Assembly (NCBI GenBank): GCA_951406725.2
Contig: OX597819.1
Coordinates: 71,238,001 to 71,302,000 of the forward strand
Length of the DNA: 64,000 nucleotides
Direction of reading: 5' to 3'
DNA from: Octopus vulgaris
Lineage: Eukaryota
The translations under genes and the position numbers were made by a program. Shown here piece by piece: positions 12,249 through 29,324 of the stretch (positions within the stretch are counted from its first letter, which is position 1; each line of letters begins with the position of its first letter). Below the pieces are notes generated by a model, which was not told the DNA's origin, ran no database searches, and saw only the letters and a list, made by a program, of their open reading frames with translations.

Positions 12249-13399
12249 ATTCAAACATGAACAAAGAGAAAACACAACAAGGCCAGGAATTTCGAAGAGC
12301 GGGGCAGTCGATTACATCGATCTTAGTGCTCAACTGCTACTTATTTTATCGATCCCGAAAGGGACGGGCAGAATTTGAACTGGGAACGTAAAGACAGACG
12401 AAAAGCCGCTCAGCAGTTTGTCCGGCGTGCTAACGATTCCTCCAGCTCACCGACTTCGATAATGGATAATTAGCATTTCTTTAAATGATCCTTCCCACTG
12501 GGAAATAGAAGATGAAGTCAACTCCAAAAAGTAAAACCCCAAAGTGAATATAATTAAAGTGTCCAGAGCGGCGGTCAACTGCTAATTTAGCCTGAGTCCT
12601 CGTTTTATACATGGAATGACATATTTAAATCCAGCAAACTTGTCCGTTGATAATTTTCTTTAATCCGATATTGTAGGAAGGTGAAGGTCAGGGTCAAGTG
12701 AAGATCACATTCGAATAATAAAATCGATAAAGCCGTCTGCATTTACAGATTTATTGTTAAATTTATGTTAACTCTTAAGCAATAGCTTCTGATATGATAC
12801 GGCGTTTCTTTAACGCTTCAACCATTGATCTAGAATCATCCGAATTAATCATATTATTGACGTCATTGTGGAGCAAATCTAATTAACAACTCTCGCATAA
12901 TTACAAGAGTCTCCAGGCTGGAATGTCAGCATTCCAAGTTTCTTCACATCAACACTAATAAGTTTCGATGCTCTTCGCACAAAGATATGGAAGAATAACC
13001 ATGAGCTAATTTCTTAAACCGAATTTCGATTCTCCTTTGATTAAATGACCGTTTGTTTACTTCATCCATTTAAGGCGCTGAACCGGCAAAATCGTCACCA
13101 AGTCGTATAAGATGTTGAGCAGTCTTTCTTTTGGCTCTTAATGTTCTGAGTTCAAATTCCACTGAGATCGTCTTCGTCTTTCATCTTCTCGGAATTGGTA
13201 AAATAAAGTATCAGTCAAATGCTGGGGGGCAATGTAATGGATTCCCATACTCTCCTCAAATACTGCTGGCTTTGAAACCTGTGACGGACTGGCGTTTCGT
13301 TCAGGGCTGGAGTGTTGGGATCTTGGTCACTAAAACGCCATGGAAACCGGGTCACCAGCCATATGTGTCGTAGGTTTCGAGAAAAGAAAAATTCATTAT

Positions 13400-13790
13400 T
13401 TCGTCCGTCATTGTCGACGATGACCAAAGACATCCCACGGGAGAACAAGATTGGGCAAGGTGTATCTAGCTGTGTTCAATGAGTCCAATGCATGCTTGGA
13501 AGGATCTTCTGCAGGTCTTACACAGATGATTTGTTGAGACTGAAGGCAAGGAGTTGCCTCATGACTTCTGTTGTTCTCGTTGTTTCCTGGCAATCCTGTT
13601 CTGTCTTTAGCTGGTGGCACCTCCAATGACGCAGCTTCGCCAGGCAGGGCGAGCTTGTGCTTGCATTTCCTAGGTATCAGGGTTGATCTCAAAGCTCTTC
13701 AGTGAGGCTTTCTGTGTGTCCTCGAAGAGGTCTTTCGCATGTCAGGCATTCGAACAAGGTGACCAGCCCACTTGACTTGTGCTAAATGTG
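13400..13790 (-). pseudogene. RTE-clade LINE 3' remnant
   Basis: Translates to VKWAGHLVRMPDMR and LKSFEINPDT*EMQAQARPAWRS, typical of the RTE ORF C-terminus. Confidence 0.65.
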
Positions 13791-14029
13791 ACACCAAAGT
13801 CACGAAGCAAAAATGGGACAGGAAGAACAAACATCGACGTTGTGATCTTAAAGGCTTATCTACATTACCCCACTGTATCCAACTCACATTAATAAATTTC
13901 AGATATTGGGTCAACAAAAAGCTCCTAATATTAATTATTTGTTGGTTCACAATTCGACTTTCTCCAGACATATCTGCTTGCCTCATGTGTGAATTAATCT
14001 ATCACGATAGTTATCAGTGTTTTTTTTTA

Positions 14030-14300
14030 TACACATGACAGTCCATGTTTGTCTGCTTTATGTTTATACCTGTTCAGATGTCTACGATGAGGCACTGGAG
14101 AAGTCAGCAGGTAGTTATACACAAACTACATTTGTGGGAACCAACTCACGGGAGACGCAGTAGAGGAAGACCTGTTTGAACAGTCATCGATCACCTCTCA
14201 GATGATACAAACCTATGTCAGGAACAGTACACTCCGAGCAAATGGAAAATTGGGAATCGGGGAAATATTTTATCAGGAATGTTCGATTATCGCTGCAATA
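14030..14300 (+). pseudogene. Second RTE-like LINE 3' remnant
   Basis: Encodes KLHLWEPTHGRRSRGRP. Confidence 0.55.
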
Positions 14301-14862
14301 ATTGATTGTCTTCTTATACTGATGCAACCTGATACAGCAATCAAAAATTATTAAGCATTAACGAACTTTATACGTAAATACGTATCAAAAAATGTCTCGC
14401 AGTGTGGTGTTGTAAATACAAGTGATAGTCAATACATTCTGGGCAATTGAGCATTGCGGGTGATAGCTAGGGCGCGATTTTCGGTACAAGCAGAACTTTT
14501 GATGATTACCAGCCTGTGTTATCACAGATGAAGCCGTGATACGCGTAGATATGGTTCATAGTTGAGCGTGTCGTGTTATCCATGATGAGTGAGTAATGAA
14601 TCGGCGATAAACGAAGCCATGTGTATGTGGTTACATATTTCTCCTCGGGTGCCAAGTTCAAGTCCTGCTTAAGTAATCCTTTAGATATCAATAAAATATT
14701 TACATAATGAATAACTAAAGTGGTGGTGGTAGTAGTGATGGTGGTGGTGGTGGTGGTGGGGAAGTGATATAGTCAACTCAAAACTTTGAGATGATGTTCC
14801 AGCATAACCACAATCCAATAAAAAAAAAACAGTTATATATATATATATATAGACAGATAGAC

Positions 14863-14944
<82 letters not shown>

Positions 14945-14951
14945 CTACATG

Positions 14952-15126
14952 GCTAGCTACTACACATTCTTTATTTTCTCTCCTTGTTTCTTTCTGTGTT
15001 CCTTTCCGTGGAAGAGCATAGGCTCAAAACGTTAAAGACTTTTTCACTTCCCGAGCATTATACTAATACATCTGTTTGTTGTCTACACCACCTGTCTTTG
15101 TCCTTTGTTTTTTTTTTGTGAATTGT

Positions 15127-15130
<4 letters not shown>
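14952..15130 (+). mobile_element. Short pLTR-like unit with decayed hammerhead-like motif, ending in (TA)n
   Basis: cttt-ccgtgga-a-gagc(atag)gctc-aaaa-cgtt-aaag at 15002-15037; layout parallels 61850-62062. Confidence 0.5.
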
Positions 15131-15170
<40 letters not shown>

Positions 15171-15263
15171 GTATATATTTGTTCCGCTATGTAAGGAATC
15201 AATAATGTGTTACGAAGGAATTCCTTAAATCTCAATGAATTGTTTCTGTATCGATTGACATTC

Positions 15264-15327
<64 letters not shown>

Positions 15328-15456
15328 GAAGAAGAAGAAGAAGAGAAAACAAAAACAAACCAGAAACAACGAGGAAAACGTATTAGGTTTTATATTAATT
15401 AGTAATTATTAGATAATGAGATAATTATGGTGATAGACATTTGTGCGTGTGAGAGC

Positions 15457-15548
<92 letters not shown>

Positions 15549-15725
15549 AAACAATGTCGGAATCTACCTGATCAATAAAAGTAATGGTCGACATAAACTT
15601 TGAGGGGAAAAAAGGTAATTTCTAATACATAAAATAAAATACGCGCGCGTGCACACTCACACACAAATACAAATGCATACATAATCATGTATGTCTGTGC
15701 GTGTGTAGAATAATCTGTCTGCCAG

Positions 15726-15804
<79 letters not shown>

Positions 15805-15835
15805 GTATGCATGTGTGTGTGTGCGTGCGTGCGTA

Positions 15836-15869
<34 letters not shown>

Positions 15870-16780
15870 AAGTGATATTTTATTGTTACTTCCATTACTC
15901 GATAATCATTATTGGCCCCAGGATGACAAAAAATTACAGAAACAATTTATCAGCTACAGTCGCACTCGTCTAACAAGTTGACAGCTATCATGTTTGTATG
16001 TATGTATGTATGTATGTATGTATGTATGTATGTATGTATGTATGTATGTGTGTGTGTATGTGTATGTATGTATGGATGGATGGATTTATGTATGTATGTG
16101 TGTATGTATTTATAGGTGTATGTATTATGCATATATGTATTTAAATGTTTGTGTATGTACGTGTGTATGCATTTATGTACGAATTTATGCTAGCATGTAT
16201 GTATGTAAGTATATATGTACGTATATATGAGTTTACGTATGAGTGTATGTATGTATGTATGTATGTATATATGAATGTATGGCCTGCATGCGTTTATATA
16301 CATTTGTGTATGTATATATTTGTGTGTGTATGCCTCTGTGTTTGTTACCCCCATCGCTTGATAACTGGTATTGGTTTGTTTACGTCCCTATAACATTAGC
16401 TCTTCGATAAAAGAGAGCGATAGAATATGTACAAAGGTTGATTTTTTCAGCTAAACTCTTCAAGGCGGTGCTCTAGTATGGCTACAGTTGAGTGACTGAA
16501 GCGAATAAAAAAGATAAAGATTAAAAGAAAGAACATTAAACCCTAAAGCCACACGGTTTAAAAAAAAACTGACGAAATCATGACGGATAACAATAATCTA
16601 TCCACTGATAGATTAATCTTATCCACTTATTCTGGATTCTAAGGTAGACGATGTTTGCTGATTATGCAGCATTAGTGGTGGTGGCTACCTTGGAATCAGA
16701 AGTCTTTTAATCTTTTTCTTTAATTCTGTATCGTTTGTTTGAGTAACAAAAATAAAAAAAGAAACATCAACAAATATATA

Positions 16781-17167
16781 GGTGTTGGAGTGGCTGTGTG
16801 GTAAGAAGCTTGCTTACGAACCACATGGTTCTGGGTTCAGTTCCACTGCGTGGCATCTTGGGCGAGTGCCTTCTATTATAGCCTCAGGCCGACCAAAGCC
16901 TTGTGAGTGGATTTGGTAGACGGAAACTAAAAGAAGCCCGTCGTATATATGTGTATATAGATATGTTTGTGTGTCTGTGTCTGTCCCCTCAAGATCGCGA
17001 TGCAAGTGTGTTTACGTCCCCATAACTTAGCGGTTCGGCAAAGAGACCGATGGAATAAAGTACTAGGCTTACAAAGAATAAGTCTTGGGTCGATTTTCTC
17101 GACTAAAGGCGATGCTCCAGCATGGCCGCAGTCAAATGACTGAAACAAGTAAAATAGTAAAGAGTAA
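16781..17167 (+). mobile_element. Full-length SINE family A
   Basis: Same head, body and tail as 11229-11658. Confidence 0.9.
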
Positions 17168-17189
17168 ATGGACAGATAAGACGCATAAA

Positions 17190-17452
17190 TATTGGGTTGG
17201 TGCATAATTATTGCGGCCTTTTTTGTTTTTTCAACAAATTTAATTCAACAAAAACAATAATAACATGTAACAAAAACATATTTAAACGATTATTTCGGAG
17301 CATATTGACCATCTACTTCAATCACTGCTTCCTATTTGCTTGGCAGACGGTCAGACCGTCATTAGAAGATGTTTTTGTTAAATATTGTTATTGTTTTTGT
17401 TGAATAAAATTTGTTGGAAAAAAAGCCGCAATAATTATGCACCAACCCAATA
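17190..17452 (-). mobile_element. mariner-derived MITE with TA ends
   Basis: ta-ttgggttggtgcataattattgcggc ... gccgcaataattatgcaccaacccaa-ta; same family as 6942-7189. Confidence 0.9.
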
Positions 17453-17747
17453 CATTAATTTTAGACAAACAAGTATCGGTTGTCGTAGCGATTCGGCGAA
17501 AGAAACCGATAGAATACCTAGTTTTAAAAATGAGTACCGGGGTCGAATCGTTTGATAAAAATTCTTCAAAGCGGTACCTCGGCATAACTGCAGTCTAATG
17601 ACTGAGACAGGTAAAGCAAAAGTAAAAATAGATAAATACAGTTGTATCCAATAGCATACGACATGGATTCTTGATTTCATTGGCTACTCTTTACTCATTA
17701 TTTACATTATTTACATTTGATGGATATTTGCCCTCATCTTGTTTGTT

Positions 17748-17793
17748 AACACAACATTTCGGCTGATATACCCTCCAGCCTTCATCAGGTGTC
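17748..17793 (-). ncRNA. Minimal type-I hammerhead ribozyme
   Basis: Minus strand: gacac-CTGATGA-a-ggctg(gagggtatat)cagcc-GAAA-tg-TT-gtgtt. Stems I and II pair. Confidence 0.75.
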
Positions 17794-17848
17794 TTGGGGA
17801 AATTTCGAACCTGGGTTTTTATTCCTAAGTTATTTTTCGATGTTGTTG

Positions 17849-17906
<58 letters not shown>

Positions 17907-17934
17907 GATTATTATTATTATTATGATTATTATG

Positions 17935-18269
<335 letters not shown>

Positions 18270-18273
<4 letters not shown>

Positions 18274-18345
18274 TCACTGCTTGGAATCGAACTCGGAATC
18301 TTGGGGTTAGTAGCCCGCGCTATTAACCACTACGCCATATACCTG
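18270..18345 (-). promoter_or_regulatory. tRNA-derived Pol III promoter head (A and B boxes)
   Basis: Minus strand A-box TGGCGTAGTGG (18337-18327) and B-box GAGTTCGATTCC (18294-18283) at tRNA-like spacing. Confidence 0.75.
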
Positions 18346-18462
18346 TGGGCATATGGCGTAGTGGTTCGATTCCAGGAATTGAATAGAATAATAATAATAA
18401 TGATAATAATAATAATAATAATAATAATAATAGAGAGAGAGTGTGTGTGAGAGAGAGAGAGA

Positions 18463-18505
<43 letters not shown>

Positions 18506-19033
18506 TGTGTGTGTGTGTGTGTGTGTGTGTATGTTTGTGTTTGTGCTGGTGTTTATTGAAATTAGTGAGATGTATCGTAACTACTAAATGGCCATTGAGA
18601 CCAACTTCACTTGAGAAGGAGATTTTCTCAACATTCAAGTATTCTCCAGATTTTATATACCATTACAGAGAAGGACAGGCTTATTGTGTGGAGAAAAGAA
18701 GATAGTTGTCGATATGTGTTTCTATCTCAATAAGCGTCATCAGCACAACAACTGTCCGAATTCATCTACGGTAGTCGACGGAAATAAACTTATACAAAAA
18801 AATGAATAGTTAATATTAATGACGTTTCTTTCAGTTTCTGTCTACCAAATCCACTCACAAGGCTTTTAATTCGCCCTAGGCTATAGTAGAAGACACATGC
18901 CAAAGGCGCCACGCAGAGGGACTGAATCCGGACCCATGTAGTTGGGAAGCAAAATTTTTGCCACACATAATATGTGTTATTCAAATACACGTCATTGGTC
19001 ACTAAGTTATTTTCATTCAAGTCATTTTTGTTT

Positions 19034-19122
<89 letters not shown>

Positions 19123-19809
19123 GAGATAGACAGACATACAGAAAAAGAGATAGAGAGAGAGAGAGAGAGAGAATAGGAAAAAAGAGAACTAGAGGGAGAG
19201 GAGGAGAATGTGGTCGACATATACTGAACGCATATAAAACAATAAGAACAGCTTGGTGTGTATTCAATTAAAAACGAAAGTGGTGATGTCCAACAGATTC
19301 CAGTAAAAGCCAAGAATAACTGGACAGCCTTTCATCATAGGCCTAGCTTATTTATTGCTTTTTAGAAGCCATTATTGTCTTAGCAGGTGTGTCGCGAAAA
19401 ACCGGATATCATCCTGTTACTTAAAGCTGCGGTGATGAAGGAAGAGGACGAAGCCTGGTTGTTCTGAAGAAATGCGTAACAAACAAGTGAAGGAATAAAT
19501 AAATAAAATGTTAGAGAATAAAAAATATTGAAAAATAGTATTTTCTGATCTAATCCTGCGGGATGGAAAGACAGTTTAGATTTAAAAGCAGCAGATTTCT
19601 CTGTTATGATTTTTACGATTTTGCCATGCACAGAAGTGACAGAATTAAAAGTAGTTATGTCGATGATCATGTCGTTGGTAGGATAACGCAAACATATTAA
19701 GGAAGCTTGATACAAAGGCAAAAAAACCCCAAAAAAACCCCAAAAAACCAAAAACAGCAAAAGAAGAAAAGAAAGAAAATGTACCAGACCAGCAATTATC
19801 TGCATCGAA

Positions 19810-20185
19810 AGGCGGCAAGCTGGCAGAGTTGTTAGCACGCCGGTCGAAATGCTTAGCGGTATTTCGTCTGCCGTTACGTTCTGAGTTCAAATTCCGACGA
19901 GGTCAACTTTGCCTTTCATCCTTTCGTGGTCGATAAATTAAGTACCAGTTACACACTGGGGTCGATATAATCGACTTAATCCGTTTGTCTGTCCTTGTTT
20001 GTCTCCTCTGTGGGTAGTAAAGAAATAGGTATTTCGTCTGCCGTTACGTTCTGAGTTCAAATTCCGCCGAGGTCGACTTTGCCTTTCATCCTTTCGTGGT
20101 CGATAAATTAAGTACCAGTTGCGTACTAGGGTCGATCTAATCGACTGGCCCTCTCCTCCAAAATTTCGGGCCTTGTGCATTGAGG
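19810..20185 (+). mobile_element. SINE family B dimer
   Basis: ggcggcaagctggcagag head; gttcaaattcc B-box; gactttgcctttcatcctttcg...gtcgataaattaagtaccag core present twice. Confidence 0.85.
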
Positions 20186-21204
20186 AGAAAAGATTATCTG
20201 CATCGGAATGAATAAATAAATGAAAATAGATAAAATATGACAAAATAAAATAAATATTTTAGATAAATAAAAGATAAATGATAAAATAGATCAGGCATGG
20301 TTATGTAGTTAAGGACCTCGCTTTGTAACAACGTGGTTTTGAGTGCAGCACTGGGCGGATCAATGCCTTATGAACGAATTTGGTAGACAGAGAGAGAGTG
20401 TGGAAACTCTTTGTGTTTCTATGTGTGACGTGTTTATGTTTGTGAGTGTGTGTATCTTTGTGCGCGAGTCTTTGTGTGCGTTTGTGTCTTTGTGAGTGTG
20501 TGCCTTTGTGTGTGTTTGTGAGTGTATGTGTGTTGGTGAGTGTGCATGTGTGTGTTTATGTATGTATGTGTGTGTAATTGTGAATGTGTGTGAGTACATG
20601 CGTTTGTGTGTGTGTGTGTGTGTTTGTGCGCGTGTGTTTGTGTATTTGCGGTTGTGATCGTGTGTGTTTGTATGTGTTTGTGAGTGTGTGTGTGCGTGTT
20701 TTTGAGTGTGTATGTTTGTGTGTGTGTTTTTGTGTATTTGTGTTTGTGTTTGTGAGAGTATGTGTGTTTTTGAGTGAGTGTATCAGTTTAAGAGTGTGTG
20801 CATGTTTTGTGTGTGTGTGTTTGTGATGTGTTTGTGTACGTGTTTGTGTGTGTGAGTCTGTGCGTGTGTTTGTGTTTGTGTGTGTATATTTGTGTGTGTG
20901 TTTGTCCATCCTTATCGCTGGAGGATTGAGGTTCGGCAAAAGAAAGCTATAGAATACCATGCTATAAAAAACTAATTATTGGCTTCGGTTTGTTTGACTA
21001 AATCCTTCAGAGCAGTGCCCAAGCATGGCCACGGACCAATGACTGAAACAAATAAAAGATAAAAGAGACAATAAAATAAATACAAAATATATATAAAATA
21101 TATAATATATATAAAAATATATTAAAAATATATAAAATATATAAATATTCAAATATATAAAAATATATAAAAAAACAAAATTAAACTAAATAAATAAAAT
21201 AGTT

Positions 21205-21367
21205 TATTCTCTTATTTGTTTCAGGCATTTGACTGCGACCATGTTGGAGCACCACCTTTAGGCGAAGAAATCGACCTCAAAGCTTATTGTTTGTAAGCCT
21301 AGTACTTATTCTATCGGTTTCTTTTGCCGGTGGATGGACACACACACACACACACACACCAATACAC

Positions 21368-21402
<35 letters not shown>

Positions 21403-21575
21403 AACACACATATATATATATAAATACACGACGGGCTTCTTTTAGTTTCCGTCACCCAAACCCACTCACAGGGTGTTGGTCGGCCTGTGGCTACAGTAGA
21501 AGACACTTACCCAAGGTACCACACAGTGGGACTGAACATGGAACCATGTGGTTGGGAAGCAAGCTTCTTACCACA
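21205..21575 (-). mobile_element. SINE family A (diverged, internally deleted)
   Basis: Matches the family A tail and head. Confidence 0.8.
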
Positions 21576-23154
21576 CTGAGCAGTAAAACTTTTCAGTAAC
21601 TCTTTATTTGCCACAAGGGCCGCAAAAATCAATTGGAACAATACAAAGGACAGTGGGAATTTTCATAAACACGTGTGAACAATACAAGAAAATAGCAGTA
21701 ATAATTAATTCTGACAAGAAATTTGCCAGCAGGAAGGAACACCATTTAGGGGTGAGAAAGAAACTGCATAGATCCTGAGTTACCCTGCTAACGAAGAGTA
21801 TTATAGCAAGTGTTTTTTTTTTTCCTCCGAATCTTTCAGCCAATAGGTGCACGCTTAGAGTAGTTCTATTCACTCGGTTAATTTTGACTTCAAACAAATA
21901 AATAAATAAATAACTAAATAAATAGCTTATTATAATTGTGAAATAAAGGTAATTTCGTTACCATACATAAGAATACTAATGGTGTGCGCACATATGCACA
22001 CACCACTCCTCTCTCTCTCTCACGCACACATACACACATACACACACGCAGCTAGTATTCGTCTGTGTGTGTGTGTGTGTATGTGTGTACTCGCTTGAAG
22101 CATTCGTTTGATTCTATCTCTTCCTCTCTCTCCCTCTTTACTCCTTTCTCTCCCTCTCACCTCCTTTCTCTCCCTCTCACCTCCTCTCTCCCTCTCTCCC
22201 CGCTTCCCTCCCACTAACCCCCTCTATTCCCTCTCCCCTCTATTGTACACAATCCTTTCCACAGTGTAACAAACCTTTTTACACCACAGGAATTCATCGT
22301 TAGCACTTTGATATTACAAGAAAGAAAAGAGTTCTCGTTTGAAACCTTGTTGCTAAATACATATTTTATAACAATGGTTTAACAGTCATTTCTCATCTTG
22401 ACAGTCGTTCTACAATAAATGGCTATCTTACGTAAAGACAGAGATGGTTGAAGCGTTTAAACTAAGTATACTGAATGTAGTCTTCGGTAATTACTTAAAG
22501 CAGATTTATTTGTTTTGAAATACCAAGACTTAGTCAAATATTTGAAAAGCAATTGATTTGGATCGGGATGGATTAAAATTCAAATTCATTTGATCGATCA
22601 AAACCACTTGAGACATCTTTAAAAATAATCAGCTTTGCTTGATAAACCGGAAACGAAGCGGCTTTCCTTAACTTTGCAGAAGTGACGTCTCAGATTTTAC
22701 TAGACTGGATAACTCAAGACAATTTGCTTTAAATTAACACCAATGTCTGTAATTATATTGAATGCGAAGAAGAAATCGCGATATCTTCCTCGTATCATAC
22801 CACTGGCGAAACGAGGCAACTTACAAAAAGTTTTCACTTAACTGAGTATTAGCACCACGAGGTGGGAGTATCACGATTCTACAAGTATCGAAAACAGAAG
22901 AAGCATCATTTTAAAATTCAAGTGATGGGTTCAACCCTTTCCTTTACTGCTAAGAAAAACAAAGATAAACACTGGCTCAAAGAAGAGCAACGGATCTGTG
23001 GAATGGTACCTTAGGATAAAATGGCAGGAATAAAATATAGTTTAACGTTTGATATGTGAAAAATGACGGCAAAGATCTACCACTTTGTGTAAGTTGACAA
23101 AAATCTCAACAGTAAACGCACGGTGTGGACACGTTTGAAAACTGTGGAAGCCTG

Positions 23155-25428
<2,274 letters not shown>

Positions 25429-25489
25429 ATATATATATATATAACTAATATATGCTATATATAAGGAAATAATATAAATATTTTTAGAG

Positions 25490-25805
25490 ATTTATAGCCA
25501 AAAATAGCAAAAAAATGGAAAAAAAATGATGGTAAATTTTTTTTTAAATTTAAAAAAAGTGGAGTTGCGTCCCCTAGACAGTTTTTGGTTTGTGTTTCTG
25601 ATTCTCGACCCCATGTCGAATTTATCGATTTTTTTCAGAACTGGGGGAACTTTTCAAAATTTTCGCTGCGTTAGTTTTGAATTATGACATTGGGCTATGT
25701 GTGTGTCAAGTTTCATCAGAATCGGTTGAAAGCCGTGGTCAGGGTGAGGGTACAAGCAAACAGACACACAGAAACACGCACAGACAAACTGCCGTTTTTA
25801 TAGAG

Positions 25806-25812
<7 letters not shown>
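25490..25812 (+). mobile_element. Non-autonomous Helitron/Helentron (DINE/HINE)-like fragment
   Basis: aagtttcatcagaatcggttga followed by an acagacacacagaaac tract and a tatagagagagat end, as recalled for this class. Confidence 0.45.
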
Positions 25813-25891
<79 letters not shown>

Positions 25892-25949
25892 AAATACATA
25901 TATATATATATATGGTATAAATAATATATAAATGTATGCATATATACAT

Positions 25950-26785
25950 ACATATATGTACATACCTACATATATATTTATATATACGTGCATATCTGGG
26001 TACAGGACATCAAAAAAATTTAGACAGAATGAGAAACGAGAACATAAAAAACCAGAAAGCAGAAAACGAACTGTTTTTCGAACAACGAAAAGAAACAAAC
26101 AGAGAAACGAAACATGCAACATAAAGAACATTCCCTTCATCAGTTGTCCCCTATTTTATCTACTCGGCGTTTCGAAGGTAAGGAAAAGACGCGACTTCTT
26201 TAAAACAATCCTTCCCGCAAAGCAAATTAAATAAAATTTGGGATTTTTTGCGGAGGGTGAAAGTGGTAACAAACACAGGACAGTGATAACAAAACAGTAA
26301 AAACAAATGGTGAGGGCTGTTAAGCCAATATGATGTGAAGTGGTGAATACTAGAAAAAAGAGCTTTGAGAAGAGACAGATAAAAGCACGTCTTGTCTTTA
26401 GAAAGTGGAAGAAAGAAAGAATGGCCGTTAGTCACGTGTGAGCAACGAGAGTGTCAAAGAGGGAGAGTGAGAGACAGAAGGGGTGCGGTGAAGGGGAGAA
26501 GAGAAGAATAGGTTAGAGAGAAAAACAGAAAGGAAGAAGAACAAGAGAGGGAGATAGATAGACAGAAAAGAGATAGAATAAGTGTGCGCATCGTAATTAT
26601 TAAGATAAACCTTACTTGGAAAAGGATGCGTGGCGTTCGATCATATAATAATATAAATAATATATAATAATATGCATATATACACACGTATATGTATATA
26701 CCTACTTATATATGTATATATACGTGCATATATGGGTACAGGACATCAAAAACACTTAGACAGAATGAGAAACTAGAACATAAAA
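25950..26785 (-). mobile_element. pLTR-like non-coding unit with a partial direct terminal repeat; relative at 48705-48970
   Basis: gggtacaggacatcaaaa..tagacagaatgagaaac occurs at about 25998 and 26734. Block 26130-26280 is shared with 48835-48970. Strand taken from the CTGATGA motif. Confidence 0.6.
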
Positions 26786-27154
26786 ACACCACCGCCACCA
26801 CCACCACCACCACCACTGGCGGTATCACCACCACCAACATCAACAACAACATTAGCACCACCACCACTGCCATCATTACTAGCACCAATCATAACACTGA
26901 AAAAATAACGTTTCTTTTAGATATGATTTCAAATTTAGGTATAAGGTCAGCCATTTTAGGGGTATAAGGCTAGTCGACCCCAGTATTTGACTGGTACTCT
27001 ATTTTATCGACCCCGATAGAATGAAGGGCGAAGTCGACTTCGGTTGGATATGAGCTCAAAGCATAAGGATCCGGAAGAAAAGGCACTAAGTATTTTGTCC
27101 GACACACTCACGATTTTGTAAGCTCGCAGGCTTGTAATTCAGATATATAATAGT

Positions 27155-27815
27155 TTAAAATTTTGGAGTAGAATTCGTGGGGAGGAGCTGAGTCGATTAG
27201 ATCGATCCCGATTTTAACGATTCCGAAAGGATGAAAGGCAAAGTCGGCCTTGGCGGAATTTGAACTCAGAACGAAAAAGCAGACGAAACAGCGCTAAGCA
27301 TTTCGCCCGGCGTGCTAACAATTCTGCCAGCCTGCCACCTTCTATTTTAAATATATAATCCTTTCTACTATAGGCACAAGGCCTGAAATATGGGGGAGGG
27401 GACTAGTTGATTAGATCGACCTCAGTGTTTCCCTTGTACTTAATTTATCGACCCCGAAAGGATGAAAGGCAAAGTCGATCTCGGCGGAATTTGAACTCAG
27501 AACGTAAAAACAGACGAAACACCGCAAAGCATTTCGACCGGCGTGCTAACGATTCTGCCAGCCTGCTGCCTTCTATTTTAAATATACAATCTCTTCTACT
27601 CTAGGCACAAGGCCCGAAATTTGTGGGGAGGGGCCAGTCGATTAGATCGACCCCAGTACGCATCTGGTACTTAATTTATCGACCCCGAAAAGATGAAAGG
27701 TAAGGTCGACCTCGGCGGAATTTGAACGCAGAACATAAAGACAGACGAAACACCGCTAAGCATTTCGCCCGGCGTGCTAACGTTTCTGCCAGCCCACCGC
27801 CTTCTATTTTAAATC
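27155..27815 (-). mobile_element. Head-to-tail trimer of SINE family B
   Basis: Three units of about 240 bp, each ending gcc(a/g)ccttctattttaaat on the plus strand. Confidence 0.85.
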
Positions 27816-28008
27816 TATGATGGCAACACATTCAACTACTTTTGATTCTCAGAATTTCTTTTCTGAGATTCATATATCTCTCCGTCTGTTTTGCTGCTTG
27901 TTTTTACCTCTCTGTTGGAACCATGTTCGCTTTTTAAAGTGGTAAACATGTAGAAAAACTCACTCATTCTTATTACGTTTTCTTTTGTTATTATCATTAA
28001 CTATTTAT

Positions 28009-28143
28009 TCTCCTCCTCCTCCTCCTCCTTCTTCTTCTTCTTCTTCTTCTTCTTCTTCTTCTTCTTCTTCTTCTTCTTCTTCTTCTTCTTCTTCTTCTTC
28101 TTCTTCTTCTTCTTCTTCTTCTTCTTCATCATCATCATCATCC

Positions 28144-28188
<45 letters not shown>
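28009..28188. repeat. Compound (CTC)n(TTC)n(ATC)n microsatellite
   Basis: Direct reading. Confidence 0.95.
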
Positions 28189-28189
<1 letters not shown>

Positions 28190-28392
28190 TTTTTGCGTTC
28201 TTCTCTCTCAATTCAAAACTGCAGAACCAGCATAATTCATTTGGAATTATTTCCTGATGGATATTTGGCAATTTTAGATATATAGGAATAAACGAACTCT
28301 ATGTATACACGTATGTTTGTGTGTATGTATGTGTATATATGCATTTATGTACGTATTTAATGTATACACACACACACACATATATGTATAAG

Positions 28393-28428
<36 letters not shown>

Positions 28429-29272
28429 TATATACATACATATATATTGGTATACAGACACACAAACAATCCGACGTAAGTATATATACGCATAGCCACG
28501 AGCGCACACGTACGCAATCACGCACACACACGCACGCAAAAACACATACACACATACAAAAAGACACACACACACACACACACAGAGTAAACCCCCCCCA
28601 CACCAGCCTCACACACACACTCAGAGTATGAATATCGTTTTTACTATTTGCTCTGCTATTTTTTGTAATGTTTATTTTTATTTTTATTTTTATGTTATCT
28701 GCTGATATGGAGAATGGCGAAGTAGAAGAAAATTATTTGCTGTCGGCATTTTTGTTTTGTTGAAGAAACTGTGGTTCATTTCCTTTTTTTTTCTTACACA
28801 TAGATCTATTGACGAGCAACAACATCATCACCATCACCATCACCATCACAATCGTCATCACCACTACCACAACACAACGACAACAACAAAAATCACCAAT
28901 ACCACACAACAATCTTAGCATCTTCACCTTTCGCCGCTTTCACCACCGCAGCTACCACAACTACCACTCCTACAATCACCACCACCACTACCACCACTAC
29001 AACCACCACCATCACCACCACTGCAAACACTGCTACCACGGTCACCACTACAAACACCATTAGCACCGCTGCTGTTTATACCACCAGCACATCCACCATC
29101 AATAATGCCACCTTGATAACAACTGTCACTTCCGCCGTTATGAATACGGTTTCCTGCAGAGCAAAGACTCCCCACCATTACTTCCATCCACGCCATGATC
29201 CCAACATCACTACCATCATCAACACTAACATCCAGGAAAATCATCACCGAAACAACAACAACCACAACCACA

Positions 29273-29324
<52 letters not shown>

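Noticed and set aside
18270-18345. Functional tRNA gene
   Set aside because: A and B boxes are present but the acceptor stem does not pair well and it runs into (AAT)n; treated as a tRNA-derived head.
19430-19460. gtgatga...gacgaa as another hammerhead
   Set aside because: Core mismatched and no supporting stems.
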